Origin: Eledone cirrhosa
Lineage: Eukaryota
Reading direction: 5' to 3'
Assembly (NCBI GenBank): GCA_964016885.1
Contig: OZ024748.1
Coordinates: 45,136,001 to 45,200,000, forward strand
Length of the DNA: 64,000 nt
The notes under the pieces were generated by a model. The model was not told where the DNA came from, searched no databases, and saw only the letters and a list, made by a program, of their open reading frames with translations. Of this stretch, positions 26,300 through 40,619 are shown one piece after another (the first letter of the stretch is position 1; every line of letters starts with the position of its first letter). Both the position numbers and the translations under genes were made by a program.

Positions 26300-26690
26300 A
26301 CACACATATATATATAATAATAGAAACGTTAACCACAGACACAGCAACAGTGACCACAGTAGTAATAACGGTAACAATACGAACAACAACAACAACAATA
26401 ACCACAGTGGTAATAATGGAAATAGTACATGTAGCAACATCAACAAAAACAAGAAACATAATAATAGTAACAACCACAATGGTAGAAATAGCAGTAACAA
26501 CAACAACAATAACGGTGAAGTAAACAACAATACATCTAGCAATCATAACAATAATAATATTAATGCTAAGGATAGAAACAACAACAACCACCATGATAAC
26601 AATAATAGCAACACACACAACTATGACGATAGAAATAACGACAACCCCTTAGAGAAACTATTTTTCAACCCAGCTGACAAAACATATAAG

Positions 26691-29051
26691 ATGGGTAATA
26701 TCTATCCTACGAGGTTACCCTTTAATAAAAGAGTTTGCATACCACAACAAATAGATGACGAGACGGAGGCACAGTTCACCATAGCTAGAAATAAGATTAG
26801 ACAAGTAGTAGACAGGTACACTATGAGACAGAGCAGACCAGAGGCCCAACAACTTGGGATAAAACCTGTAGAAGGCTTGGTTAGCCTCAAACAGCGCACA
26901 AGGGATGGTGAGGTAGTGTGTCTACCCACAGATAAGTCTGGTAGGATGTCAATAGATAGCATGCCGAACTACATCGAGGCAATGCAACCCCACATCACCA
27001 ACACGAGCGAAGTTGCACAACTAACACACGATGGGAGAGAAAAAATCCTCAACGCTCACATGATGATGTGGACTGACATCCTAAAGCCAAGCAGACGCAC
27101 TGCCAACAACTTCCATGCGTCTAACAATGGCATACCACCCTTGTATGGGCTCCGCAAAGACCACAAGACAGTCGACGACCCGACAATAGGACCACCAACA
27201 AGACCTGTATGCGGAGCTAATATAGCTAGCAACTACAGGATCTCCTACTTCCTCTCAATGGTTATACGCCCCATAATCAAGATGTCCCCAGATGTATGTG
27301 AAAGTACAGAGGACCTCCTCAGCGGAATCAGTGAGTGCAACAAAAACAGGAGCCTATCCAACTGCATAATAGGCAGCATGGATGTGGTGTCACTGTACCC
27401 ATCCATTAACATTGATTTTGCTGTGAAAAGATGTGTGGAGATGATCATTGAGAGTGAGGTGGAGTTCTGCGACGTCGACACAGACGAACTGGGCCTCCTA
27501 CTTAGACTTACCTACGACACTGACTACCTAGACAGCCATGACCTTAGATGTTTCTGCCCTAGTAGACCTATAAGAGGTAGACCCCCCACCATAACCTCAA
27601 TGGCTAAAAAGACTCCCATAGGAAGGTGGATTGGGTGGACCAAAGCTATACGGACCCCCCAAAACACTGATCAGGTAAGAAAAATGGTCGCACATGCAAT
27701 AGGGGCTAGTATCAAAACTACCCTAAAGGGCCACATATTTAAGTTCAATGAGAAAATCTACACCCAAAATGAGGGAGCAGCCATCGGCGTCAGCATAGCT
27801 GGCGATGTTGCCAACCTTTTCATGGTATGGTGGGAAAGGAGACTTAAAGATCTCCTTAATAATAGCTCCATAGACCTCATCATGTACTCTCGTTATGTAG
27901 ACGATATCAATATAGTTATAAGAACACCCCCACTAGAGAGCACTAACAAGTTTGATTTAGAACGTAGCACGATGGAAAGCATCCAGCAGATAGCTAATTC
28001 CATACACCAGAGTATAACTGTAACTATAGACTTCCCTTCCAAACACCCTAACAATAGACTACCTGTATTAGACACAGAACTCTGGATTAACACTATAGAC
28101 GAGAGAGCCCAAATTCTCCACTCACACTATGCTAAACCCATGGCCTCCAAATACCTGATACTCAAAAACTCAGCAATGTCCAGTAGTGCTAAGTTTAATA
28201 TTCTGATCGCAGATTTGGTACGAGTGATGAAGAATGTGTCCAGCATGTGCGACCCAACAGAAATGGAAGGACACATCCAACACTTCATCAACCGCATGCA
28301 GTTCTCTGGCTACAACCAAAGAGACAGAGTCAGAGTATACGAAGGAGCCATGGAAAAGTATAAGACCCTCATAGAACTGGACATGAAAGGAATTTGCCCA
28401 CTATACAGGAGCAAATCATGGAATAGCTTAGATAGGGCTAGACATAAGATAGGGAAGGCCACATCATGGTACGACAACCAGAGATATCAGAGTGTCATGT
28501 TTGTGGACGCCACCCCTGGAGGGAAATTAGCTAACCAGTGTAGAAAGGCCCTGAGAAAGACCCACTTAAAAATAAAGGTGGTAGAAAAGCCAGGAACCAC
28601 CATAAAATCCCTGATCAGCAAAACCTACCCTTTTAAGAAAACCCACTGTACCAATAGGAAATGTATCATATGTAAGGTGAACCCCCGGATAAACTGTAAA
28701 ACTAGAAACGTAGTCTATAGCATAAGATGTACAGAGGGTACTTGCAGAAACACGACAACAACATACAAAGGTGAGACAGCTCGTAGCATAGGTGAAAGGA
28801 TAGACCAACACTGGGGGGAACTAAAAGGACGAAAAAACGGGTCAGTACTATACGAACATGCTAGACAACATCATGACGGTAACATAGACAACATAGAAAT
28901 TAGAATAATATCTAAACATAGGAATGACCCAGCAGATAGGCAAATCAGAGAGGCCAGTGAAATAGAAATTAGAAGACCAAAGCTAAACAGAAAGAATGAG
29001 TGGAACAACAACAACACCCAAACAAACAACACTGACCTAAGAGAAGTATAA
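26691..29051 (+). CDS. PLE polyprotein: reverse transcriptase + C-terminal GIY-YIG endonuclease (786 aa from first internal ATG; frame open upstream through an Asn-rich tract from ~26315)
   Basis: RT motifs [65 protein letters not shown]. Cys linker CTNRKCIIC...[15 protein letters not shown]...[16 protein letters not shown]...REASEI...LNRKNE. No stop or frameshift. Confidence 0.92.
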   Translation: MGNIYPTRLPFNKRVCIPQQIDDETEAQFTIARNKIRQVVDRYTMRQSRPEAQQLGIKPVEGLVSLKQRTRDGEVVCLPTDKSGRMSIDSMPNYIEAMQPHITNTSEVAQLTHDGREKILNAHMMMWTDILKPSRRTANNFHASNNGIPPLYGLRKDHKTVDDPTIGPPTRPVCGANIASNYRISYFLSMVIRPIIKMSPDVCESTEDLLSGISECNKNRSLSNCIIGSMDVVSLYPSINIDFAVKRCVEMIIESEVEFCDVDTDELGLLLRLTYDTDYLDSHDLRCFCPSRPIRGRPPTITSMAKKTPIGRWIGWTKAIRTPQNTDQVRKMVAHAIGASIKTTLKGHIFKFNEKIYTQNEGAAIGVSIAGDVANLFMVWWERRLKDLLNNSSIDLIMYSRYVDDINIVIRTPPLESTNKFDLERSTMESIQQIANSIHQSITVTIDFPSKHPNNRLPVLDTELWINTIDERAQILHSHYAKPMASKYLILKNSAMSSSAKFNILIADLVRVMKNVSSMCDPTEMEGHIQHFINRMQFSGYNQRDRVRVYEGAMEKYKTLIELDMKGICPLYRSKSWNSLDRARHKIGKATSWYDNQRYQSVMFVDATPGGKLANQCRKALRKTHLKIKVVEKPGTTIKSLISKTYPFKKTHCTNRKCIICKVNPRINCKTRNVVYSIRCTEGTCRNTTTTYKGETARSIGERIDQHWGELKGRKNGSVLYEHARQHHDGNIDNIEIRIISKHRNDPADRQIREASEIEIRRPKLNRKNEWNNNNTQTNNTDLREV

Positions 29052-29320
29052 ATAAATAAGTAAATTAAATTAAATAAAATAAGATAAATAAATACATACA
29101 CAAGCACATAAACACACACTAGTCACCCAGCAGACACAACACTATACACACTAGTCACACATCACACATAACACTATACACACACGCAAACGCATGCGCA
29201 AAGAAGACAAAATAAAATAAGATAAACAAACAAGCAAATAAATAAATAAATATATAGACAGACTGAACAAAAAAAAAATGGCGTAGACATACAACACAAC
29301 AGGAGGAACAATGAATATAA

Positions 29321-29362
29321 CACCACTGACGATGTTGCAGATGTGCAACGAAAGATTTATGT
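29321..29362 (+). ncRNA. Hammerhead ribozyme in the PLE 3' pseudo-LTR
   Basis: CTGACGA-T-GTTGCA-GATG-TGCAAC-GAAAG. Core and stem II are identical in the sister copy at ~40491-40533 (-). Stem I weak. Confidence 0.7.
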
Positions 29363-29626
29363 AAACTATATATATATGTGTTTGTCTATATTGTATCTGT
29401 ATTATTTTTGACCGCCGGTCAGTCAATGGCAACATTGAGGACCGAGTAAGTTAGATCGCAGATACATATATATAAAAGACAGCGAGAAGCGAAAACCAAC
29501 CAAACAGTGAGTGTGTTCTGTTATTAATTCTGGCAATATTACGCAAATATGACCCTCCCCAAATATAACAATATCTGTTTCGACACACGATTTCATATAA
29601 AAAACCTCGCAAAACTAATTCATCGC

Positions 29627-29666
<40 letters not shown>

Positions 29667-29764
29667 ACACATATATATATATATCAGTGAAGTAGTAAAC
29701 TGACTCAATTGACATTCCCCTGTCTATTGTTCGCTGCGTTTCTAAAGTAGAAATCACTTTTATT

Positions 29765-29990
29765 AGTTTCTGATTCAGGTAAAAGTGTAACAAATTTGGT
29801 GGAGGGGGAAAGTCAATTAAATCGACCCCAGTACATTACTGGTAGTTTATTTTATCGACTCTGAAATGATGAAAGGCAAAGCTAACCTCGACAGGATTTG
29901 AACTCAGACCGTAAAGTAACGAACGTCGTAAGCCTATGCTATAATCTAAGTTGGCCGATGCTTAACCAATACTTGCCAATACACCGCCCT
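29765..29990 (-). mobile_element. SINE copy
   Basis: Reverse complement of the SINE body (GATGAAAGGCAAAG...GGATTTGAACTCAG). Confidence 0.7.
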
Positions 29991-30443
29991 AGAAACCACT
30001 TTTATTAAAGACTGTTGGGACACAATTTACAGGAGTTTGGTTGCTATTTCTAGTATAACCAGACGTCCGTATATGGAGGCGGGGCTTTTCATCGTTAATG
30101 CCTGACGTAGTAAATATGCTCTTCCAATTGGTGATCTTAATTAATCAATTAAAAGGATAGATAAATATTTTAATTAAGCTTTGTTTTTCTCTTAATTATG
30201 GTCTAAGTTAAATGGAAACGACTTTCATTAATTTGTTGCAAGTGACCGATTTTAATCCGGAGGGCACGGTTGTTATTTAATCCGCTAATCGTTAATCTCA
30301 CGAGATTTAGAAAGTTTAATTATCAGTGAGAAATATTCTTCAGTTCTTGCAAATTAAGACCTATTATTAGATGACTCTTAACTTTTATTATTTCAGACTT
30401 AAAATCCTTTAACGTTTGTATATGTGCGTGTATATATGTGCGT

Positions 30444-30510
<67 letters not shown>

Positions 30511-30520
30511 TGTGTGTATG

Positions 30521-30553
<33 letters not shown>

Positions 30554-30554
30554 C

Positions 30555-30756
30555 GTAGGTCCCGGGTTGAGTCGGGGATAACCACAGTAAGTAAGGTACT
30601 CAATACATGGCAGAGTAAAATTTTTTTATTTTATAGAAGGAGCTTCTACAGGACTAGTACTGTTTCATTCAGATGAAATCTTCAGGAAGCTCTTGAAGAT
30701 TTCATCTGAATGAAACAGTACTAGTCCTGTAGAAGCTCCTTCTATAAAATAAAAAA
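30555..30756 (-). mobile_element. Fold-back HHR element (family B)
   Basis: Minus HHR ~30640-30692: GAGCTTC-CTGAAGA-TTTCATCTGAAT-GAAACAG-TACTAGTC-CTGTA-GAAGCTC (7-bp stem I, 4-bp stem III, GUA). Inverted arm 30694-30755. ACTC...GAGTAC at 30596-30616. Confidence 0.8.
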
Positions 30757-30780
30757 GTATATATATATATATATATATAT

Positions 30781-30999
30781 AGTGGTGGAACACTGGAAGG
30801 TAACATCCGTAGTGGTAGAGCACTCAGTCCATGGGACGAGTTAGGTAGAAGTGGTAACACAACAGTTAGTTCACTATACCGAAAACAATTGTTTCGCCTT
30901 AGCGGATCCTCACCTCGTAATCGTTTACGAGCTGAGGATCCGCTAAGATGAAACAATTGTCCTCGATATGGTGAACTAACTGTTGTGTTACCACTTCTA
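30781..30999 (-). mobile_element. Fold-back HHR element (family D)
   Basis: HHR on + at 30928-30965 with GUC site; arms ~30846-30920 / 30925-30998. Confidence 0.75.
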
Positions 31000-31014
31000 T
31001 ATATATATATATAT

Positions 31015-31276
31015 TTCCAACAGAAATGGCCGCATTCTTTAAGGGTATGTCAATATTTATTTATAAAACTGATCTATATTATATTTTATCTGATGAAAGC
31101 ACACCATAATTTAACTTGGTGTCCTTGAAATATATATAATGAAATAAATATGGTTTTATAAATATAGTTTCCATTTGTTAATATATCGTATTTTTACTCC
31201 AATAATTTTGTTGAGTGCTTTATATCAGTTATAAAAATATTTGCTTGTTGTATCCCAACAATTTAAATAGAACTTC

Positions 31277-31280
<4 letters not shown>
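31015..31280 (+). mobile_element. Family A pLTR with HHR (31082-31146) and tail
   Basis: TATTTTAT-CTGATGA-AAGCACACCA...TGGTGTCCTT-GAAA-TATATA-TA-ATGAAATA; ACTC...GAGTGCT at 31196-31219. Confidence 0.75.
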
Positions 31281-31359
<79 letters not shown>

Positions 31360-31432
31360 ATATATTTTAACGTAATATATTCCTTCCATATACTGTAACG
31401 ATTGTTGTTATTTCTGTTTACCATTTACATAC

Positions 31433-31554
<122 letters not shown>

Positions 31555-31681
31555 TATATATATATAACATACACACGCAAACACACACATACACATGCAT
31601 TCACACACACTCACACACAAACACACACACGCACACACATACACACACACACAGACACGCACATATATACACATATACACA

Positions 31682-31780
<99 letters not shown>

Positions 31781-32127
31781 TAATTAAAACTTCATAAACG
31801 TCAAATGTGTGTGCGACCTTAGGTTTCGTGGTGCAGCTCTGGTCACCTATGTACAGTGGAGGAGCTGTTCTAATACTGTCGTTACATCGGGGTGCTAGGG
31901 CAGGATTTAGTCCTAGGGTTCGAGAATATAAAACGCAGGGTTGCAGTCTTATATAATGGTTTCTGATTTAGGTACAAGGCCAGTAATTTGTGGGAGAGAA
32001 AGTCGATTAAATCGACCTCAGAACATTACTGCTACTATCCTATATTAGGGGAAACACGTTATGTGTTTGTCTTTCAATCCTAGAATCTATTACAACCTTA
32101 CCCCTTCTATCTCGCCCTCTCTCTGAC

Positions 32128-32173
<46 letters not shown>

Positions 32174-32313
32174 TCTCTCTCTCTCTGTATATATATATAT
32201 TTACACACACATATATAGATAAATATATATCTATACATGTTTATATATATATCATACGTGTATGCATGTATCTGTCTATCTATATATATCTCTCTCTCCC
32301 TCTCGCTCTCTCC

Positions 32314-33803
<1,490 letters not shown>

Positions 33804-33863
33804 ATATATATATACACACACATATATGTATATATGTATATATGCATATATACATATGTATAT

Positions 33864-34320
33864 ATGTAATCTGAGTTTTTCGAATATTAATAATAACATT
33901 CGATTCGTTTGCAATTTTGCAAACAAGCCTCAATTTTATAGACATCTGATCGCATGCCAACACAAGAGCAAGAATGAAGTGTTCATTCTACTGACATGGC
34001 TATAAAATTGAGGCTTGTTTGCAAAATTGCAAACGAATCGAATGTTATTATTAATATTAGAGCGGTGAATTGGCAGTACCGGTAGAGGGTTGGACGCCAT
34101 GCTTTCTAGCATTGTTACGTCCCTTTACGGTCTGAGTTCAAATCCTATCGAGGTTAACTTTGCCTTTGATCCTTATGGGGTCGATAAAATAAAGTACGAG
34201 TAATGTACTGGGTAATTGCTGGCCTTGTGCCAAATGTAGGAACAATTATTAATATTCGAAAAACTCAGATTACATTTATTGTATTCAGCCATGTAGAGCG
34301 AAATTTTCTTTTTCATATGT
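33864..34320. mobile_element. Fold-back element split by a SINE (34059-34250, +)
   Basis: 33864-33945 is inverted relative to 33996-34058 plus 34257-34276; ATTATTAATATT duplicated on both sides of the SINE. Confidence 0.65.
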
Positions 34321-34588
34321 ATATAAATATCTATATATCTATATATTTCTGCTCTGTAATATATCTGATTGAGCTAATTTTCTTACTGGTAATTGGGTAA
34401 TAGAAAATATTACCTTCTCTTATTTATAATTGTATATAGATTATATATCTGTTAGACACACAGTGACTAACAACAGAATGTTTTAAGTCTGCATGTCTGA
34501 GATATATGCGTAGCTTGTGAATAAAATATTCAAGGAGTTTCGCTGGCCGTGGTGATCCCTCCCAAAATCTTTTGTAATGTATCGTCTT

Positions 34589-34730
34589 ATTGGCTAATCA
34601 ACCAATGAGAGTAATTGTTGCTCAAAAGCATCCGCCACTTTGTTTGCACTTTTATTTATCGTTTCGCTTTCGAATCTTCCTCCTGTATTTCGTCATTTAT
34701 CATCAAAATATTTTTCTCGTTTTGGTAAGT
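34589..34730 (+). promoter_or_regulatory. Possible Pol II promoter (paired CCAAT boxes) and 5' exon donor
   Basis: ATTGG at 34589 and CCAAT at 34602 in a locally CpG-richer unique segment; G|GTAAGT donor at 34725. Confidence 0.25.
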
Positions 34731-35169
34731 TATATTGTTATGATTTTTTAAATTTATATTAACTATTTTTTTTTCAGTTCGTTATAACATGCTTATAATA
34801 TTGGTTGTATCATATTTACTTGTATATTTCTACATATTATTATTCGTTTTATGTTAGATTATTTTATTATTATTATGTTAGATTATTTTTTTTATTATTA
34901 TGTTAGACTATTTGTATGTAATATTTAATTTTTATTAATTCAACTATAACAATTATTATGTAAAATATATTTATTTAATATTGATTGTCTTTTGTAGTTG
35001 TTTATATTAAAAGTCTGAAAATATTTTTATACATCTTACAATAATATTTATAAGATCATTTATAAAATAACAATTATATAACCTAATTACATTGCAACGA
35101 TACTTTATTATTAATATATATCATGTTTAACTAGAGTTATTACAAGCGTTGCCCTAAAAAATTATTAAA

Positions 35170-35613
35170 CTAGACCTGAAAAATGCGCAAGCTCAAAAGA
35201 GCCACAGAATGTTATAATAAACCTTCAAAAGTGTGGGACTAGAGTTGTTGCACAAAAATATTGTAATCATTATCTATCGTACATTCTGTGGCATCCTTTT
35301 ATAAAAAAGAGACTCATAACGAATTCAAGACGACACGATAATTATTTAAGTGAATTTATAATATAGAATTCGGTTTAAGTGCATTTCGTATTAATCATTA
35401 CTAAACAACTAATATGAGATATTGAACATTAGCTTAAATAATTATCGTGTCGTCTTGAATTCGTTATGAGTCTCTTTTTTATAAAAGGATACCACAGAGT
35501 GTACGATAGATAATGATTACAATATTTTTGAGCAACAACTCTAGTCCCACACTTTTGAAGGTTTATTATAATATTCTGTGGCTCTTTTGAGCTTGCGCAT
35601 TTTTCAGGTCTAG
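35170..35613. repeat. ~180-bp near-perfect inverted repeat (fold-back/MITE-like)
   Basis: 35170-35350 is the reverse complement of 35432-35613; both ends CTAG; no HHR core found. Confidence 0.85.
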
Positions 35614-35647
35614 TATATATATAAGTATAAATATTATTATTATTATA

Positions 35648-35835
35648 TGCAGTGAATTGGCAGTATCGGTAGAGGGTTGGACGCCATGCTTTCTAGCATA
35701 GTTACGTCCTTTTACAGTCTGAGTTCAAATCCCGCCGAGGTTAACTTTGCCTTTCATCCTTACGGGGTCGATAAAATAAAGTACCAGTAATGTACTGGGT
35801 ATTTGCTGGCCTTGTGCAAAAAGTAGAAACAATTA
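35648..35835 (+). mobile_element. SINE copy
   Basis: Matches the 7649 consensus. Confidence 0.85.
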
Positions 35836-35881
35836 TTATTATTATATATGTGTGTCTGTGTATATATATATATATATATAT

Positions 35882-36086
35882 AACGAAGGAAGTGTGGTAA
35901 GGCACCAGAAAGACCATAACGCACCAGAGTACTCAATACTTAGGGTAGTTGAGTGGGTAATAGGAAAATGTTAGACCCCGACGGCAGAGCTCAAGCCGTC
36001 TCGACGGCTATTTCTGGACTGAAATAGTCCAGAAATAGCCGCCGAAACGGCTTGAGCTCTGCCGTCGGGGTCTAACATTTTCCTAT
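35882..36086 (-). mobile_element. Fold-back element (family E)
   Basis: 35960-36019 is inverted relative to 36026-36085. GAAACGGC...GCCGTC stem III/GUC site. ACTC...GAGTAC on - at 35929-35954. Confidence 0.65.
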
Positions 36087-36204
36087 ATATATATATATAT
36101 ATATATACATATATATATACATTTTCCTATATATATATATATAGGTAAGTTATTCCTGGTTGAATCGGAGGTAACCATAGTACCCACAGTCCTGTAGAAT
36201 TTCA

Positions 36205-36269
<65 letters not shown>

Positions 36270-36666
36270 AGTGTGTGTGTGTGCGTGTTTTGTGTGCTTG
36301 ATTACATATGGATTCCTAAAAGACGGAATGGCTTAATTAGCGGTTTTGTCTTTGGACCTCAGAGTGAGACGATACGTGGAATCATTAGACCGTTTGGACT
36401 AACTGTAGACAGGGACATACGATTGGCATTGAGAATGGCGCGACATCTGGCGGGACATGTGGTCGGAATCGTGGTTAATTACAAATTCATAATGTAACGC
36501 GCCAGTGAATATGTGTCTATGTGTGTGTGGGTGTGCTGTGGATGTGGGTGTATGTATGCAAGCGCATGTGGGTGTGTGAATGTGTATTTGTGAGTGTGTG
36601 TGTGTACGTGTATGTGTATGTGTTTGTATGTGTGTGTTTCTTTTTGTGTGTGTGTATGTGAGTGTC

Positions 36667-36724
<58 letters not shown>

Positions 36725-37256
36725 CGTGTGTGTGTGTGTGTCTCACTCTGTATGGTGAATCTCAAGGTAATAGGGCTGGGCTAAAGAAAGACATATTGAT
36801 AGAGATAGACATATATATATATATTTACAAACAAACAAACCGAGCATTATAATAAATGTTCGGTAAACCGATACGTGCATATATATATGTGTGCATGTAT
36901 GTATACATATACATACTACTGTACGTCTGTATACATATATGTATGTACGTATACGTACTTACATTTAAGTAAGTGCCGCGCTAAGAGTGAGAAATGAAAT
37001 TTCGTTTCATTCTATTCCATTTATATATATATATATAGTATATGATTACAGTTCCTCAGTGAAATAACAACCCAACCAGGAACTGGGCATATCAGAGTAT
37101 TGACAATATTATACACCTCAACAACATATGTACTTGTCTATACCACACTAATTCGGACTGCCTGAAGAGGTCACAGCCAAAGATGGCTGTCACTAAAATA
37201 TATATAGCAGCAATAAACGAAGCTAAATTTTAAACATTTGACTTTTTATTTAACTT

Positions 37257-37294
<38 letters not shown>

Positions 37295-37627
37295 ATTAAA
37301 ATACTGGAGCGTGTTGGAGTTAAACACCCTCTTCGTATTATAGAAATGACAGTAAAAGGTATAGCTCAATGTAATTAAACAATTTTAATATTGTTACAAG
37401 TATATTATATTATATTATATAGTATTATCTATATAACCACCTTTGTTTAGCTCTAGTTTTTTTTTGCTTTGGACTATATTTGTAATATGGTTCTAAATGT
37501 TATACACCTCCTTAGTGATTTTTATTATATATTTTTACCCATAATCTTGCAATACTTTAGTGTATGTACACTCCATATTCTTCAGAGTTTTCGGCTTGTA
37601 TTGGCCGATAATACTTCTTGTTGTTTT

Positions 37628-37672
37628 AATTGCCCTGATGAGTCCTTAATAGGACGAAACATTGTTGGTTAA
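37628..37672 (+). ncRNA. Minimal hammerhead ribozyme
   Basis: GCC-CTGATGA-GTCCT-TAAT-AGGAC-GAAA-CATTG-TT-GGT; canonical core and stem II. Confidence 0.75.
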
Positions 37673-37745
37673 TAAAGACTTTTGATGTATTGAAGGCTTC
37701 TTTGTTTTATTTTCATAATATATATATATATATATATATATTTTC

Positions 37746-37835
<90 letters not shown>

Positions 37836-37868
37836 AATGTCTCTCTCTCTCCTTCTATGTATATATAT

Positions 37869-37930
<62 letters not shown>

Positions 37931-38427
37931 CTTTATTTGCCACGATAGTTAGATAGATGAGACAGAAATATTGCGGCGTAATTAACATGAGAGAATAATC
38001 AGCCCCATCTGATACTTCTTTGCTTTCTTAAACCCTGGCTCACACATTTCATCTCCCACAATCAATGAGGTCAATAAGAACGCGATAGCGGTCAAGTGGT
38101 CAAGCTAATGAGGAAATAAAACAAATTCAAGAGGCTAGAGTGTTGCACATATGTAAATATTTCTCATTTAATCGAAATGTTCTTCCTCATTTATAAGAAA
38201 CAAAACTAGTGGTGTTTGTTTCTCTTTTCTTTTGAACTGGAACTTCCGAGGGAGTCTTAGGGGCGCCATCTTGACATACGGCGTTTCTAGGGCATTTTCT
38301 AGACCTGCTGGAGTCCCACCTCTTCTCCAGGTCTTGAATACAGCAGATTTCTTCCAGAGAAGGATAGAGACAGTGAGGGAAAGAAAGTGAAAAAGAGATA
38401 GAGAGGAAGAATCGACCCTATATATAT

Positions 38428-38539
<112 letters not shown>

Positions 38540-38899
38540 TAAAAGTTAAATAGAAACAAAAAGCAAATGATACAGTACACTGAAGAAATATATTAGTTTA
38601 ACGCTTGAAATAGCAGGAAAGGAGCATAAAACGTTCCGGACACTAGTCCTTCGTCAGAAGATAGAGTTAGAAATAGAAGATAAATAGAAAGATAAAGAGT
38701 AAGAGGAGGAAAGAACAGAGGGAAACACACGTACGTATTCAGTCACTCATTAAGGGCCAAAAGACTTGCTTAAGGAGGGTTTCTTCTCTGAAGAATTTCT
38801 GTTATTTAACTTTCCTGATTGTTGTAAGCCTATGGAGACGAAATGGATACCTTAATCAATAAAAGCAAACCAAGTATTTGATCGATGTTGTATTTTTAT

Positions 38900-39254
38900 C
38901 ACTCAGATGGTGGATGGGAGCTATAAGAGAATGCTGAGGATGGCTCCTAACATTAATCAGTATGTACTGACGATGAGGAACTCTGAGTTGTACAGGAGCT
39001 TCCAAAAAGTGACACAGAAGAAACTGAGGTTAGCTGGACATGCTCACTTACATTCAGAGTTGACACTGCATTCAATGCTCCTGTGGGAGCCCATAAACCG
39101 ACACACTGGAAGAGGAAGACCGAGGTTAACATATGTTGATGCCCTAAGAACAGACACTGATCTCTGGGAGAAGCAGGACATGGCAGTGATAATGAGGGAC
39201 AGAGACCGCTGGAGAGAACTCGTCCATGGATCTCGAGAATTTTACCCAGTATAG
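38900..39254 (+). pseudogene. RTE-clade LINE 3' fragment
   Basis: YKRMLRM...KLRLAGH...LLWEP...GRGRPRLTYVD...MRDRDRWRELV; second copy at 60888-61032 (-). Confidence 0.8.
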
Positions 39255-39457
39255 ATATATTTTTATCGAATCCGAAAGAATTAAAGACAAATATGCTGTG
39301 AACGTGATTTGAACTCAGCAATGTATTTCATCCGAAACACTACTAATTCTGACAGTTTACCGTCCGTGTCTCTTTCATTTTAATTTATTCTACTTGACGA
39401 GTTATTGCAGTCAGGAGTCAAAAGTAATGACCAGCTTGAGAATTTCAACTAAATTAT

Positions 39458-39565
<108 letters not shown>

Positions 39566-39567
39566 TA

Positions 39568-39611
<44 letters not shown>

Positions 39612-39614
<3 letters not shown>

Positions 39615-40133
39615 CGTTTCTGAATTTGTTTAGCAAGATTCTTTATCTGAAATCGTGTGTTGAAACCTATATTGTTATACTTTGGGAGGGTCATGTTGCC
39701 AATAAGAAACACATGCACCAGTTGTTTCACTTCAATTTATTATAATAAATTTTTAAATTTATAAATTTATAAATTTCTGGTTGGTTGGTTGATTCCACAA
39801 CCAGATAGTTGTTTATATATTGTCATAGTTCTTTCGTCACAGACTCTGTGACCTCTTCAGTGACTGGGGATTCTTTTCTTTGTTTTTTGTGCCTCTCCAA
39901 AATGGAGGACAGAACAAAGGAGAGGCACAAAAAACAAAGAAAAGAATCCCCAGTCACTGAAGAGGTCACAGAGGGTGTGACGAAAGAACTATGACAATAT
40001 ATGAACAACTATCTGGTTGTGGAACCAACCAACTAACCAGAAATTTATAAATTTATAAATTTATTATAATAAATTGAAGTGAAAGCAACTGGTGCGTGTG
40101 TTTCTTATTGGCAACATGACCCTCTCAAAGTAT

Positions 40134-40141
<8 letters not shown>
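39612..40141 (-). mobile_element. Large fold-back HHR element related to the autonomous PLE 3' end
   Basis: Arms ~39667-39897 / ~39919-40141. HHRs at 39822-39864 (-) and 39953-39995 (+): GTCA-CTGAAGA-G-GTCACA...TGTGAC-GAAAGAAC-TA-TGAC. ATGACCCTCCCAAAGTATAACAATA...ACACACGATTTCA resembles 29548-29597. Confidence 0.8.
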
Positions 40142-40207
<66 letters not shown>

Positions 40208-40231
40208 CAGTGTGTATATATATATATATAT

Positions 40232-40588
40232 ATGACGACGATGAAATTGTTTTGCGAGGTTTTTGATATGAAATCGTGTGTCGAAACAAATATTGTTATA
40301 CTTGGGGAGGGTCATATTGTTGTAATAATATTGCCCGAATTAATAACGGAACACACTCACTGTTTGGTTGGTTTTCGCTTCTGTATCTTTTATATCAGTT
40401 AATTTATTCGGTCCTCAATGTTTACCATTGACTGACCAACGGTCAAAAATACAGATATAATATAGACACAAACACAAATGTATATAGTCTAACAAAGTTC
40501 TTTCGTTGCACATCTGCAACATCGTCAGTGGTGCTATTATGTTTCCTCCTGTTGTATTGTATGTCTACGCCATCTTTATTTAATCTGT

Positions 40589-40619
<31 letters not shown>

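Larger units (their letters stand above)
26315..29630 (+). mobile_element. Penelope-like retroelement, near full length, flanked by (TA)n
   Basis: RT-GIY-YIG ORF followed by ~580-bp 3' region with HHR; (TA)n at both ends. Confidence 0.9.

Noticed and set aside
36362-36497. Plus-strand exon after TTTGGACCTCAG
   Set aside because: Frame ambiguous, no partner exon or homology; insufficient support.
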